Below are positions 20,086 to 30,164 of a stretch of 64,000 nt of DNA, in pieces. The notes beneath the pieces are model-generated. The model ran no database searches and was not told the origin of the DNA. It saw only the letters and a list, made by a program, of their open reading frames with translations. The stretch is taken from contig JABIVD010000007.1 in assembly GCA_018667335.1 (NCBI GenBank), forward strand, positions 80,425 through 144,424, given 5' to 3'. Both the position numbers and the translations under genes were made by a program. Source of the stretch: Rhodospirillaceae bacterium. Lineage in GTDB: Bacteria > Pseudomonadota > Alphaproteobacteria > UBA6615. Each line of letters starts with the position of its first letter. The first letter of the stretch is position 1.

Positions 20086-22926
20086 CTACTCGGCGGCCTC
20101 CTGTCGCCGGTCGACAGCGGCCGCACAGCGGCCGCAAACATCCGGATGCGCATGCGTACCCACATCCGGCAGGACCTGCCAGCAACGCGCACATTTCTCA
20201 CCGTCGGCGAGACCCGGCTCGATGCCGATCGTATCCACTTCGGGCAAACGGAAGGCCGCAGCCGGCACCTCGCCCTCGACCAGTGTCCCGCCCGATGTGA
20301 TGGAAATTTCCGCCAGATCGAGCCCCGCCATCGCGGCGACGGTCTCGGCGTCGGCATAGACGGTCGGGGCGGCCTGCAGGCTCGAACCAATTCGCTTCTC
20401 GGCCCGCTCAATTTCAAGCGCGCCGGTCACAACACGACGCAGACCCCTGATTTTCTCCCACTTCGCCGCAAGCGCATCGTCGCGCCAATCGGCCGGCACT
20501 GCCGGGAACGTCCGCAGATGAACGGATTCTGCATCGCCTTCACCCCGTCGCGACAACCAGGCCTCTTCCGCCGTGAAGCACAGGATCGGCGCCAGCCACG
20601 CGGTTAAATGAGAGAACAGCGCATCCAGCACGGTGCGCGCCGCGCGGCGGCGCAGACTGTCACTGGCATCGCAATAGAGCGCGTCCTTGCGAATATCGAA
20701 ATAGAGCGCCGATAGCTCGACGGCACAAAAATTATGCAGCGCCGTCCACTGGGTGTGAAATTCGAAATCGTCGGTCGTCTGCCGCACCAGCGCATCCATC
20801 TCATGGATGCGATGGAGGACCCAGCGCTCCAGCTCGGGCATCTCGGCGGTGGGCACGCGCTCGGCTTCGTCGAAGCCATCCAGGTTGCCCAGCAGGAACC
20901 GCAGCGTGTTGCGGATGCGCCGGTACAGGTCGGCCTGATGCTTGAGGATTTCCGGGCCCACACGCAAATCTTCGGAATAGTCGGAACTGACGACCCAGAT
21001 GCGCAGGATGTCCGCGCCGAGACTATCCACGGTGTCCTGCGGCGAGACGTCGGTGCCACGCGATTTCGACATCTTGCGGCCGTCCTCGGCCATCACAAAG
21101 CCATGGGTCAGCACCGCGTCATAGGGTGCACGGCCACGGGTGCCACAGGATTCCAGCAACGACGAATGGAACCAGCCGCGATGCTGATCGGACCCTTCGA
21201 GATACAGGGACGCCGGCCATTCGAGGTCATCGCGATCCTCAAGCACGAACGCATGGGTCGAGCCCGAATCAAACCAGACATCGACGATGTCGCGGACCTG
21301 TTCATAGTCCTCTGCATCGTATTCACTGCCGAGGAAACGCGACGGTTCGCTCGCGAACCACGCGTCACCGCCTTCGATCTCGAAGGCTTCGGCGACACGG
21401 TCGAACACCGCCTGGTCGCGCAACAATTCGCCGGTCTGTTTGTGCACAAACACCGGAATCGGCACGCCCCAAGCGCGCTGGCGCGAGATGCACCAGTCGG
21501 GCCGGCTCTCGATCATCGAGCGCAGACGTGTTTGCCCCGCCGTCGGAACAAACCGGGTCTCGCTGATCGCCGTCAGCGCCTTGTCGCGCAGGTCATTCGT
21601 CTCCATGGAGATGAACCATTGGGACGTGTTGCGGAAAATCAGTGGCGCCTTGGAGCGCCATGAATGGGGATAGGAATGCTCCAGCCGGCGGCGGCCGAGC
21701 AACGCATTCTCGCCTTCGAGCACGCTCATGACCGCGCCGTTGGCCTCTCCTTCTTCACCATCGGAAGTCAGGACCGCCATGCCCGCGAACAGCGGAACAT
21801 GAGCAAAGTAGCAACCGGCCTCATCGACCATATCGGGTACGGCCAGGCCGTGCGCACGGCCCAGATGGAAATCATCCTCGCCATGGCTTGGCGCAATATG
21901 GACAAAGCCGGTGCCCTGTTCGGTCGTGACAAAATCAGCCTCGTAGACCGGCACGTCATGGTCGAACCCCTTCGTGTGCAACGGATGGGCACACACGCTC
22001 CCGACGATCGCGCTGCCCTCAATGCGGGCTATCTCCTCAGACGCCTCGATGCCCATTTGCTTGGACGCGGTTTCGCGTAAGGCGTCGGCCATAACCAGTT
22101 CGTCGCCGATCCGGACACGGCTCTTCTCCGTCACAGCCGTGACCCGGAGACGCAGATAGTCGAGACCGGCACCCACCGCGATTGCCCGGTTGCCGGGGAT
22201 GGTCCAGGGGGTCGTCGTCCAGATCACGATCGCAGCACCGTCGAGCGCAGGGTCCGACGGCGACGTCACCGGGAAGCGCACATAGATCGACGGTGAGGTG
22301 TGGTCCTCATACTCGACCTCGGCATCCGCGAGTGCGGTTTTCTCGACCACCGACCAAAGCACCGGGCGCGCACCGCGGTACAGACCGCCATTCATCGCGA
22401 ATTTCGAGATTTCACGGGCGATCTGGGCCTCGGCCTTGAAGGCCATGGTCGTATAGGGCTGGTCCCAGTTGCCAATCACACCGAGCCGCTGGAATTCCTC
22501 TGACTGGATGCCGACCCAGTTCTGCGCAAACTCACGACATTCGTTGCGGAATTCGAGGATCGGCACATCGTCCTTGTTCCGGCCGTCCGCGCGATACTTT
22601 TCCTCGATCTTCCATTCGATCGGCAGGCCGTGACAGTCCCAGCCGGGCACATAGTTCGAATCCTTGCCCATCATCTGCTGGGAACGGCTGATGACGTCTT
22701 TCAGGATCTTGTTAAGCGCATGGCCGATATGCAGATGGCCATTCGCATACGGCGGGCCGTCATGCAGAACGAACGTGGGACGCCCGGCCGATTCTGCGCG
22801 CTGGCGTGCGAACAGGTCGAGCTCGGCCCAACGGGCGAGCAGCTCGGGTTCCTTCTTCGGCAACCCGGCGCGCATCGGAAATTCGGTCTTCGGTAGGAAG
22901 ACAGTATCCTTGTAATCAATGGCCAT
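20086..22926 (-). CDS. ileS: isoleucine--tRNA ligase
   Basis: HIGH motif PYANGHLHIGHALNK and KMSKS motif GRKMSKSRGT, with a C-terminal zinc CxxC. Start at ATG 22926 (MAIDYKD). Confidence 0.9.
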   Translation of the reverse strand: MAIDYKDTVFLPKTEFPMRAGLPKKEPELLARWAELDLFARQRAESAGRPTFVLHDGPPYANGHLHIGHALNKILKDVISRSQQMMGKDSNYVPGWDCHGLPIEWKIEEKYRADGRNKDDVPILEFRNECREFAQNWVGIQSEEFQRLGVIGNWDQPYTTMAFKAEAQIAREISKFAMNGGLYRGARPVLWSVVEKTALADAEVEYEDHTSPSIYVRFPVTSPSDPALDGAAIVIWTTTPWTIPGNRAIAVGAGLDYLRLRVTAVTEKSRVRIGDELVMADALRETASKQMGIEASEEIARIEGSAIVGSVCAHPLHTKGFDHDVPVYEADFVTTEQGTGFVHIAPSHGEDDFHLGRAHGLAVPDMVDEAGCYFAHVPLFAGMAVLTSDGEEGEANGAVMSVLEGENALLGRRRLEHSYPHSWRSKAPLIFRNTSQWFISMETNDLRDKALTAISETRFVPTAGQTRLRSMIESRPDWCISRQRAWGVPIPVFVHKQTGELLRDQAVFDRVAEAFEIEGGDAWFASEPSRFLGSEYDAEDYEQVRDIVDVWFDSGSTHAFVLEDRDDLEWPASLYLEGSDQHRGWFHSSLLESCGTRGRAPYDAVLTHGFVMAEDGRKMSKSRGTDVSPQDTVDSLGADILRIWVVSSDYSEDLRVGPEILKHQADLYRRIRNTLRFLLGNLDGFDEAERVPTAEMPELERWVLHRIHEMDALVRQTTDDFEFHTQWTALHNFCAVELSALYFDIRKDALYCDASDSLRRRAARTVLDALFSHLTAWLAPILCFTAEEAWLSRRGEGDAESVHLRTFPAVPADWRDDALAAKWEKIRGLRRVVTGALEIERAEKRIGSSLQAAPTVYADAETVAAMAGLDLAEISITSGGTLVEGEVPAAAFRLPEVDTIGIEPGLADGEKCARCWQVLPDVGTHAHPDVCGRCAAAVDRRQEAAE

Positions 22927-22999
22927 GTTTTGTTCCCAGGCGACCGGGCGGCTTATAGAGCCGCACACACATGACGGCAACAGCCGGACATCCGGTGTT

Positions 23000-23977
23000 T
23001 TACATATCCTCGCCGATAAAATCACCCGCGCCGAGCGCGCGCGCCAGCAACAGCTCGCGTGCCTGGCGTGAATCTTCGGCGATCTGCGTCTTTAAAGCAT
23101 CAATTCCATCGAATTTTTGTTCCGCCCGCAGGAAGTCCACAAAAGCCACGCGGAGATACCGACCGTAGATATCTTGATCAAAATCGAACAGATGCGCTTC
23201 GAGGATCAACGTCTCGCCATCAACTGTCGGCCGCACGCCGACATTCGCAACCCCGTCATACCAGCGGATGGTCTCGCCATCGCGAACCCCGCCGCGGATC
23301 GAATACACACCGCGCGCTGGGCGAATTGCCTCCCCCAGATCGACATTCGCCGTGGGGAACCCGATCGTCCGGCCAAGCTGGCGGCCTTTGCCGACCCGGC
23401 CCTCGACCTCCCAGAGATGCCCCAACAGCGCGGCGGCACGCTGGGGCTGCCCATTCGTCAGATACTTCCGGATCAATGTGGACGAATAGACTTCATTCAC
23501 TTCATCGCGGGCCGGCTCGACACAGGTGACTTCAAAGCCGAGTTCCTTGCCGCGCGCCGCGAGCAGATCAAAATCACCATCCCGCCCTGAGCCGTATTTG
23601 AAGTTGTAACCGACGACGACATGGGCAGGCGCAACTCCCGTATGCAGGATGTCCGACAGGAATTCCTCGGCCGTGCGTTGCGACAACGCGGTGTTGAACC
23701 GGAGCGCGAACAGCAGTTCGACGCCCAGCGCCTGGAACTCACGCACCTTGATTCGAAAAGGTGTCAGACGAAACGGCTCATCCGCCCGGCCAAAAAAAGC
23801 ACGCGGGTGCGGCTCGAACGTCAGCACGCCAAACTTCCGTGATTGCGTGCGCGCAATATCGCGCGCCGTCGCGATCACCTGCTGGTGGCCGCGGTGTAAC
23901 CCGTCGAAATTGCCGATGGCGACGACCGCCCCCTTGGCGGAGTCCGGAAGATCGCCCTCATGTCTGAAAATCCGCAT
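23000..23977 (-). CDS. ribF: bifunctional riboflavin kinase / FMN adenylyltransferase
   Basis: AIGNFDGLHRGHQ FAD-synthetase motif. Conserved ribF-ileS-lspA synteny. Confidence 0.85.
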   Translation of the reverse strand: MRIFRHEGDLPDSAKGAVVAIGNFDGLHRGHQQVIATARDIARTQSRKFGVLTFEPHPRAFFGRADEPFRLTPFRIKVREFQALGVELLFALRFNTALSQRTAEEFLSDILHTGVAPAHVVVGYNFKYGSGRDGDFDLLAARGKELGFEVTCVEPARDEVNEVYSSTLIRKYLTNGQPQRAAALLGHLWEVEGRVGKGRQLGRTIGFPTANVDLGEAIRPARGVYSIRGGVRDGETIRWYDGVANVGVRPTVDGETLILEAHLFDFDQDIYGRYLRVAFVDFLRAEQKFDGIDALKTQIAEDSRQARELLLARALGAGDFIGEDM

Positions 23978-24068
23978 CCGCGGGCTTTACGCGCCGACCG
24001 GGCGTCGATCAAGAGTCGATAAACTCATGGTCGCCCACCCGGGTTGCGCGTGATGTCAACGTCAGGGG

Positions 24069-24569
24069 TCAGGCGCCGTTCTTGTTCCGGCGCGGAACCA
24101 GCACTTCCGCTTCGCCCGAGATCACAATTGTGCCCCCGACCGTGCAGATGGTTTCAAGCGTGACGCGGGCTTTTTCCGGGTTCAGATCGACCACGGTTGC
24201 CCGCGCCGTCACGGTGTCTCCGGGGCGGACCGGCGCCTTGAACTTGAGCGTCTGGCTGATGTAGACGCAGCCCGGCCCCGGCAGACGGGTCCCGACGACG
24301 GTGGAAATGAAGCTTGAACACAGCATGCCATGGGCGATCGTGCCCTTGAACATCGTGCGCTCCGCATATTCCTCGTTCAGGTGCATCGGATTGGTATCAC
24401 CCGATATTCCGGCAAACATGACCAGGTCGGCCGGGCCGATCGTGCGCGCATAAGCGGCGGTCATACCCGGTTCCAGATCCTCGAAAAAGTACCCGCTCAG
24501 CTCCTCGATCGGGTCAACGGCCACCGGATTCTGCGGCTTCGCGACCGGCTCAATAACATCAACCGACAT
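24069..24569 (-). CDS. MaoC-like (R)-specific enoyl-CoA hydratase/dehydratase, hotdog fold
   Basis: FAGISGDTNPMHLNEEYAERTMFKGTIAHGML MaoC signature. Start trimmed to ATG 24569. Confidence 0.75.
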   Translation of the reverse strand: MSVDVIEPVAKPQNPVAVDPIEELSGYFFEDLEPGMTAAYARTIGPADLVMFAGISGDTNPMHLNEEYAERTMFKGTIAHGMLCSSFISTVVGTRLPGPGCVYISQTLKFKAPVRPGDTVTARATVVDLNPEKARVTLETICTVGGTIVISGEAEVLVPRRNKNGA

Positions 24570-24765
24570 GTGGGAATTCCCTGAAATAATTGTGCAACGC
24601 AACACATGTTGCGCCGCACTATTCCGAAACGCAAGACTTCGGCCCAAAAAACATAAACCGTTGTTATTGAATATTTTTTTGTTCTTCTCAGAAACGAAAT
24701 CCCGACTCAGAGCAATGCTTCACCGCAATAAATAGTTATGTGCCCCGCAACATGCGGCGGCCCGA

Positions 24766-26190
24766 TCAGGCCGCTCCCGGCCGGGGATCGATGGGCAACT
24801 GGCCGCTGAGTCCGAAGATTTCCTCGGCCGACGCGGCCATCGAGAGCAGCCCGGCCTCGCCGCGCGGCTGCCCGACGAGTTGCAGTCCGACCGGCAACCC
24901 GCTCGACGTAAACCCACACGGAACCGAGATGGCCGGACGGCCGGTCAGCGTGATGGCGGCGACGATGTAGAGCCAGTCCACATAGTTGTCGAAGGCGTGG
25001 TCCCCGACACGCTCGACATAGCGGATGTCCACATCGAACGGCGGCACGATCGCGACCGGACAGGCAAGCACGTCGAAGTTGTCGAACCATTGCGTGACCC
25101 GCTCGCACAGACCCGCCCGTTCAACCTGGGCGCGGCCGATTTCTCCGGCGGTCAACTTCATGCCTTTCTCGATGTTCCAGATCATCTCCGGCTTGAGCGC
25201 TTCGCGATGCTCCTCGAGCAGCGTCTGGCGACCGGTCACAAACAGTGCGGCGCGCAGAACCTGGAAGATATCGAGCGCACCCGTGAAATCGGGGCAGGAG
25301 TCCTCGACCGACGCCCCTGCCGCAGAGAGTTTCTCCGCCGCAGCACGGCAGATATCCACCACTTCCGTATCGACGGGCCCGATACCGAGATCGGGTGAAA
25401 AGCCGACGCGGCCCGGTAGTTTCGGGCTCAGGGCGGCGGATACGAATGACGTGTCCGGTGCCGGCATCGACATCGGATAGGAAGGGTCGACCCCGACTTC
25501 GGCATCGAGCAACAACGCCATATCGGCCACGTCGCGCCCCATCGGCCCGTTCACGGACAATGTCTGGAACGGATCGCTGCCCGGCCCCATCGCGACACGC
25601 CCCGGCGTCGGCCGCATCCCCACGACCGAGCAAAAGCTCGCAGGCGTCCGCAAAGAACCACCGAGATCAGATCCGGTCGCGAGCCAGGTCATGCCCGTCG
25701 CGAGTGCCACCGCCGAACCACCCGACGACCCGCCGCAGGTCATGTCGGTGTTCCACGGATTGCGGGTCTTGCCGAACACCTCATTGAACGTGTTCGCGCC
25801 GGCACCGAATTCGGGCGTGTTGGTCTTGCCCATAACAATCGCGCCGTTGCGCTTGAGCCGGGCAACCATGAGATCATCCTTGTCGGGCACATGGTCGGCA
25901 AAAATGGGTGAGCCATATGTTGTTCGGACCCCGGCGACATCACTCAGATCCTTGACCAGGATCGGCAATCCCGCCAGCCAGCCCGGTCCGGGCGCCTCCG
26001 GCGGACTGATGTTCTCGGCCGCTTCGTACGCCTGTTCCAGGCACAGCGTCGGCACCGCATTGACCGCCGGGTCGACGGCCGCAATTCTGTCTGCGGCGGC
26101 GTCAATCAGTTCGCGGGGCGACACGTCTCCGCGCCGCAGCAATCCCACCGCGTCACGTGCGCTCAGCGATATCAGGTCCGAAGATGTCAT
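24766..26190 (-). CDS. amidase signature (AS) family amidase
   Basis: GGSSGGSAVALA and Ser-cisSer-Lys region. AGGAG SD before ATG 26190. Confidence 0.8.
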   Translation of the reverse strand: MTSSDLISLSARDAVGLLRRGDVSPRELIDAAADRIAAVDPAVNAVPTLCLEQAYEAAENISPPEAPGPGWLAGLPILVKDLSDVAGVRTTYGSPIFADHVPDKDDLMVARLKRNGAIVMGKTNTPEFGAGANTFNEVFGKTRNPWNTDMTCGGSSGGSAVALATGMTWLATGSDLGGSLRTPASFCSVVGMRPTPGRVAMGPGSDPFQTLSVNGPMGRDVADMALLLDAEVGVDPSYPMSMPAPDTSFVSAALSPKLPGRVGFSPDLGIGPVDTEVVDICRAAAEKLSAAGASVEDSCPDFTGALDIFQVLRAALFVTGRQTLLEEHREALKPEMIWNIEKGMKLTAGEIGRAQVERAGLCERVTQWFDNFDVLACPVAIVPPFDVDIRYVERVGDHAFDNYVDWLYIVAAITLTGRPAISVPCGFTSSGLPVGLQLVGQPRGEAGLLSMAASAEEIFGLSGQLPIDPRPGAA

Positions 26191-26343
26191 TCACCACTCC
26201 TAAACAATTATCGATGCATACTAGCAAAGGCTTGCGGGCAATGGGCCCGAACCGTGTGACGGATAAAATAGATGGCAGTTCGCTTCCCGAAGATTCCCAA
26301 GGTGCGTGTCCGCGCCGACCTAAAGCTGCAAGGCGGGTCGGGG

Positions 26344-26490
26344 ATGAGCGGACAGGTGTTCGTCGAGGCGACTTCGCGTATCCAGGATCTCCTGAATGCG
26401 CCGGAACCGTTTTTCCCATTCGTCGACGAGACCGGGATCGTTCATCTGATCAACAAAAGTTCCGTGGTCCAGATCACGCCGCACGACTAG
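26344..26490 (+). CDS. hypothetical small protein (48 aa)
   Basis: ATG with AAGGCGGG SD. Sits 25 nt upstream of the alpha/beta hydrolase gene. No family recognised. Confidence 0.3.
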   Translation: MSGQVFVEATSRIQDLLNAPEPFFPFVDETGIVHLINKSSVVQITPHD

Positions 26491-26515
26491 TTACCTTCCG
26501 GAATGTGACTCCAGA

Positions 26516-27142
26516 ATGCTGATCGACGGTCCCGCCGCCCCTCGGGCCCGATACCTGTTCGCCCATGGTGCGGGCGCCCCCATGGACACGCCGTTCATGA
26601 ATGCAATCGCTGAAGGTCTGTCCGCCAACAAAATCCAGGTCATCCGCTTCGAGTTCGCCTATATGGCCAAGCGGCGCGACGACGGCAAACGCCGCGGGCC
26701 CGACCGCATGCCGGTTCTGCTTGAGGCCTGGCGCACGGCGCTCGACGGGCTTTCGTCGCTGGACGTGCCAACCCTGATCGGCGGCAAATCGATGGGAGGC
26801 CGCGCGGCGGCGACATATGCGGCCGAACCGGACGGCGCCAGCCTGATTGATGGCGTGATATGCCTCGGCTATCCGTTTCACCCACCGGCAAAACCTGAAA
26901 AGACCCGCCTCGAACCGCTCCGGGGCGCACAGCGGTCAACCCTGATCGTCCAGGGCGAGCGCGACCGGTTTGGCACGCCCGAGGATGTGATCTCCTATGC
27001 GCTGAAGCCACCTGTCGAGGTCGTCTGGATTCCGGACGGCGATCACTCCTTCGTGCCGCGCAAATCATCCGGGCTGACGGAACGCGAGAATATCGACACC
27101 GCTGTGCACCACGTCACAGCATTCATCGAACGCATGATCTAG
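26516..27142 (+). CDS. alpha/beta-fold hydrolase (COG3571-like predicted hydrolase)
   Basis: FAHGAGAPMDTPFM N-terminus and GGKSMGGR nucleophile elbow (GxSxG). Confidence 0.6.
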   Translation: MLIDGPAAPRARYLFAHGAGAPMDTPFMNAIAEGLSANKIQVIRFEFAYMAKRRDDGKRRGPDRMPVLLEAWRTALDGLSSLDVPTLIGGKSMGGRAAATYAAEPDGASLIDGVICLGYPFHPPAKPEKTRLEPLRGAQRSTLIVQGERDRFGTPEDVISYALKPPVEVVWIPDGDHSFVPRKSSGLTERENIDTAVHHVTAFIERMI

Positions 27143-27260
27143 ATCATGTGATCGAATTGCAGATTCGGCGAAAGTTGGACTTCAACCTGTCTGCCGATGC
27201 TGTAACATCGGCGAAATATTGATGCGGTATCATAACACCGCGTTTGGGAAAGTGTTTTTG

Positions 27261-28286
27261 ATGGGCCATATGGTTCCTTTTGGCCGAACGCGTGGCGCCG
27301 CGGCAGCGATAGTCATTCTGGCTTCACTGATTCTGTCCGGACCGGCAGCCGCCGGATTCGGAGAGGCATTCGAACTCTATGTTGCCGAAGAATTCGACAA
27401 GGCCCGCCGGCTGGTCGAGCCGGACGCCGAACGGGGCAACCCAGCTGCGCAGTGGCTGCTGGGCACGATGTATTTGCTCGGCCGGGGCACCGACGAAAAC
27501 CCCAAAGCCGCGCGCGCGTGGCTGGAGAAGTCCGCATCATCGAATTACCCACCCGCACAGGCTGTCCTCGGGCGTATGTACGAGCAGGGCATCGGCGGAG
27601 ATCGGGACGCGGAGGAGGCACACATCCTCTACCGGATGTCGGCCGAACAGGGTTACGCCGACGCAGCCTATCTCCTCGGCCGGCAATATTACCGCGGCGA
27701 AGGAGTCCGCAAGGACGGCAAGCAGGCCATCAGATGGCTGACCATCGCCGCAGATGACGGCAACGCCGATGCACAATATCTGGGCGCCCGCATCCTGCTC
27801 ACCGACGAAATCGTCCGCAGCAATCCCGAGCAGGCGGCAACATGGCTGGCCGACGCGGCACGCACAGGCCACGCCGCCGCCCAGCTCCTGTACGGCAACA
27901 CGCTGATGCTCGGTCTCGCCGGCGATTATGACCCAACCGCCGCACTCGATTGGATCGAAAAGGCCGCCAACACCGGCCTGGCGGAGGCCCAGCTGCGGCT
28001 CGGCGACCTCTACAATATCGGGTTCCAGAGCAAGCCAGATTTTAAACAGGCCTATGCTGCGGCCCAGCTCCGGTTGGCGCGGGCCCACTCCAAGGGTGCG
28101 GGCACCAAGGAAGACCCGATCGCGGCCTATGTCTGGGCCTCATTGTCCGCATTGCAGGGCAACGAAGATGCGTTCGAGTTGCGCAAACGCATCCTGTCGC
28201 GCCTGACACCCGAGGAAATCGAAAAGGCCGACCGCATGGTCGAGAGTCGTTTCAAGGGCCGCGCAAATGCCGGCGGCGAGAGCTAG
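27261..28286 (+). CDS. Sel1-repeat (TPR-like) periplasmic protein
   Basis: Signal peptide plus at least 7 Sel1 repeats (AAQWLLGTMYLLGRG..., AQAVLGRMYEQG...). Start is ambiguous between 27219 (TTG), 27222 and 27261. 27261 has a GGGAAAG SD. Confidence 0.7.
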   Translation: MGHMVPFGRTRGAAAAIVILASLILSGPAAAGFGEAFELYVAEEFDKARRLVEPDAERGNPAAQWLLGTMYLLGRGTDENPKAARAWLEKSASSNYPPAQAVLGRMYEQGIGGDRDAEEAHILYRMSAEQGYADAAYLLGRQYYRGEGVRKDGKQAIRWLTIAADDGNADAQYLGARILLTDEIVRSNPEQAATWLADAARTGHAAAQLLYGNTLMLGLAGDYDPTAALDWIEKAANTGLAEAQLRLGDLYNIGFQSKPDFKQAYAAAQLRLARAHSKGAGTKEDPIAAYVWASLSALQGNEDAFELRKRILSRLTPEEIEKADRMVESRFKGRANAGGES

Positions 28287-28318
28287 CCCCGCACTTCACA
28301 CGAACTTCTTTTGCGTGT

Positions 28319-29431
28319 TTGCTCTTCTCCGGACCGGCGTTCTGGGTTAGCTTCCGCGCCGTTTTGGGCACCATTCATCAGATCAGCAATCTCGCCTTGC
28401 GGATGTTCCCGACGGAGACCGGACACGGTCTCGCGTTGCGCGGGCTGGCCGGTGGATTCGGGCCGCGCGAAACCGCCGACGATTTTCCGGTCCTCGATCA
28501 GACCCTGTTCGGGCATCGCTTTGCGAACCCGGTCGGCGTCTCGGCCGGTTTCGACAAGAACGCCGTCGCCATCGCCGGTGTCGCGCGCCTCGGCGGCGGT
28601 TTCGTCGAGGTCGGCGGCGTCACGCCGTTGGCCCAGGCAGGCAATCCACGGCCACGTCTGTTTCGCCTGACGCCCGACCATGCCGCGATCAATCGCATGG
28701 GCTTCAACAATGATGGCGCCGACGCCGTCCTGCAGCGCCTCACCCGGTATCGCAGGGAGGCCGATACGGGACACCCGATCGGCGTCAACATGGCGGCCAA
28801 TGCCACGAGCGGTGATCCGGCACAGGATTTCGTTGATCTCGTGACCGCGTTTGCACCGGCCGTCGATTACCTGACGATCGACGTCTCCTGCCCCAACACG
28901 GAAAACGGCCAGGTCTTCCTTGAGCCCCGCGCGCTGGAGAATTTGCTCGGCCGCCTGAACACCGCCCGGGATGAGACGGGCGCGCACCCGGCGATGGTGG
29001 CGAAGCTCGCGCCGGACCTGGAGGCCGCGCACCTGACGGAGCTGATCGAGATCATCACCGCGGCCGGTATCGACGCGATCACGCTGTGCAACACGACGAC
29101 CGCCCGACCGGCAACGTTGCGCAGCCCCCATGCGGGCCAACGCGGCGGCCTGTCCGGCGCACCTCTGTTCGAGATGTCCAACGAGATGCTGCGGACGGTC
29201 TATCAGCAGACCAGCGGCAATGTGCCTCTGATAGGGGTCGGCGGCATCCAGACCGGTGCGGACGCCTATACAAAGATCCGCGCGGGCGCGAGCCTGGTGC
29301 AGGTCTACACGGGCCTGGTCTATGCCGGGCCGGGCCTGATCCAGGACATCAAGCGGGACCTGGCAGCATTCCTGGCGCGGGACGGGTTCGCGAATATCGC
29401 CGAAGCTGTCGGCAGTGAACACCGATCATGA
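28319..29431 (+). CDS. pyrD: dihydroorotate dehydrogenase (quinone), class 2
   Basis: MGFNNDGADAV, the GVNMAAN/FMN-binding region, and an N-terminal membrane-association extension. Start is uncertain: TTG 28319 or ATG 28403. Confidence 0.85.
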   Translation: MLFSGPAFWVSFRAVLGTIHQISNLALRMFPTETGHGLALRGLAGGFGPRETADDFPVLDQTLFGHRFANPVGVSAGFDKNAVAIAGVARLGGGFVEVGGVTPLAQAGNPRPRLFRLTPDHAAINRMGFNNDGADAVLQRLTRYRREADTGHPIGVNMAANATSGDPAQDFVDLVTAFAPAVDYLTIDVSCPNTENGQVFLEPRALENLLGRLNTARDETGAHPAMVAKLAPDLEAAHLTELIEIITAAGIDAITLCNTTTARPATLRSPHAGQRGGLSGAPLFEMSNEMLRTVYQQTSGNVPLIGVGGIQTGADAYTKIRAGASLVQVYTGLVYAGPGLIQDIKRDLAAFLARDGFANIAEAVGSEHRS

Positions 29432-29485
29432 CGAGCGGGATATGATAATCTGGGCACATACGCCGAACCTGGCGCGTGGCAGAGA

Positions 29486-29944
29486 ATGCGAGACGGCTTG
29501 ATGCTGAAGAAACGACGAGAAATTCTGATCATCGCATTCATCGCCGCCCTCGTGGTCATCGGCGGTCGCTTCTTCGCCGCCGAGAACGCCGCCTCTGTGG
29601 ACGCGGAGGCGTCGAACACGCCATTCCCCACAATCAACCAGCGCGCAGAACCTGAAGAACGCGGCGGTGATGCAATCGTCGTGGCCCTGAATGGTTCCGC
29701 GCCGAGCAGGCCCGTCCGCGTGGGCAGCAACCAGTGCCTGCAATGGTGGGGGGAACGCCCGGATGCCTACCGGGTCGAGGTCGCCGGGATCGACGGCGAC
29801 GACTGGCAGGCGAACGAGGCATTCCTGGCAAAGAAGGAAGCGGGCAACCCCGAGTATAATTTCCCGGCCTGGTATCGCTTCATCGGCGCCGGTAGCGGGG
29901 CCACGCAAATCTCCTATCAGGTGCTGCGCGGACTTTGCCAATAG
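29486..29944 (+). CDS. hypothetical membrane-anchored/secreted protein
   Basis: N-terminal TM or signal segment ILIIAFIAALVVIGG. No family recognised. Confidence 0.4.
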   Translation: MRDGLMLKKRREILIIAFIAALVVIGGRFFAAENAASVDAEASNTPFPTINQRAEPEERGGDAIVVALNGSAPSRPVRVGSNQCLQWWGERPDAYRVEVAGIDGDDWQANEAFLAKKEAGNPEYNFPAWYRFIGAGSGATQISYQVLRGLCQ

Positions 29945-30164
29945 GCATGTCCGGCGGCGATTGCCCGCACCCGCACCAAACCCCGACTTTCGAGACCAAA
30001 ACTTGTGCCGCGTAATGCAGGCCCAGCGCGGGGCGCCGCGTTGACTCGCCCCGGGCTGTTACCTAAAGTCCGCGCGAATTTGGCCGGGGTATGTTCCGGG
30101 CTTTTTTCAGACCCATAACAACCGTCCGGCGCACTGAAACAGGGCGCGCGAGGAGGCACAAAAT

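Noticed and set aside
24570-24765. AT-rich intergenic stretch with imperfect palindrome GCAACGCAACA-CA-TGTTGCGCCGC upstream of the MaoC gene
   Set aside because: Could be a promoter or operator, but the palindrome is imperfect (9/11) and there is no independent support. Not reported as a feature.
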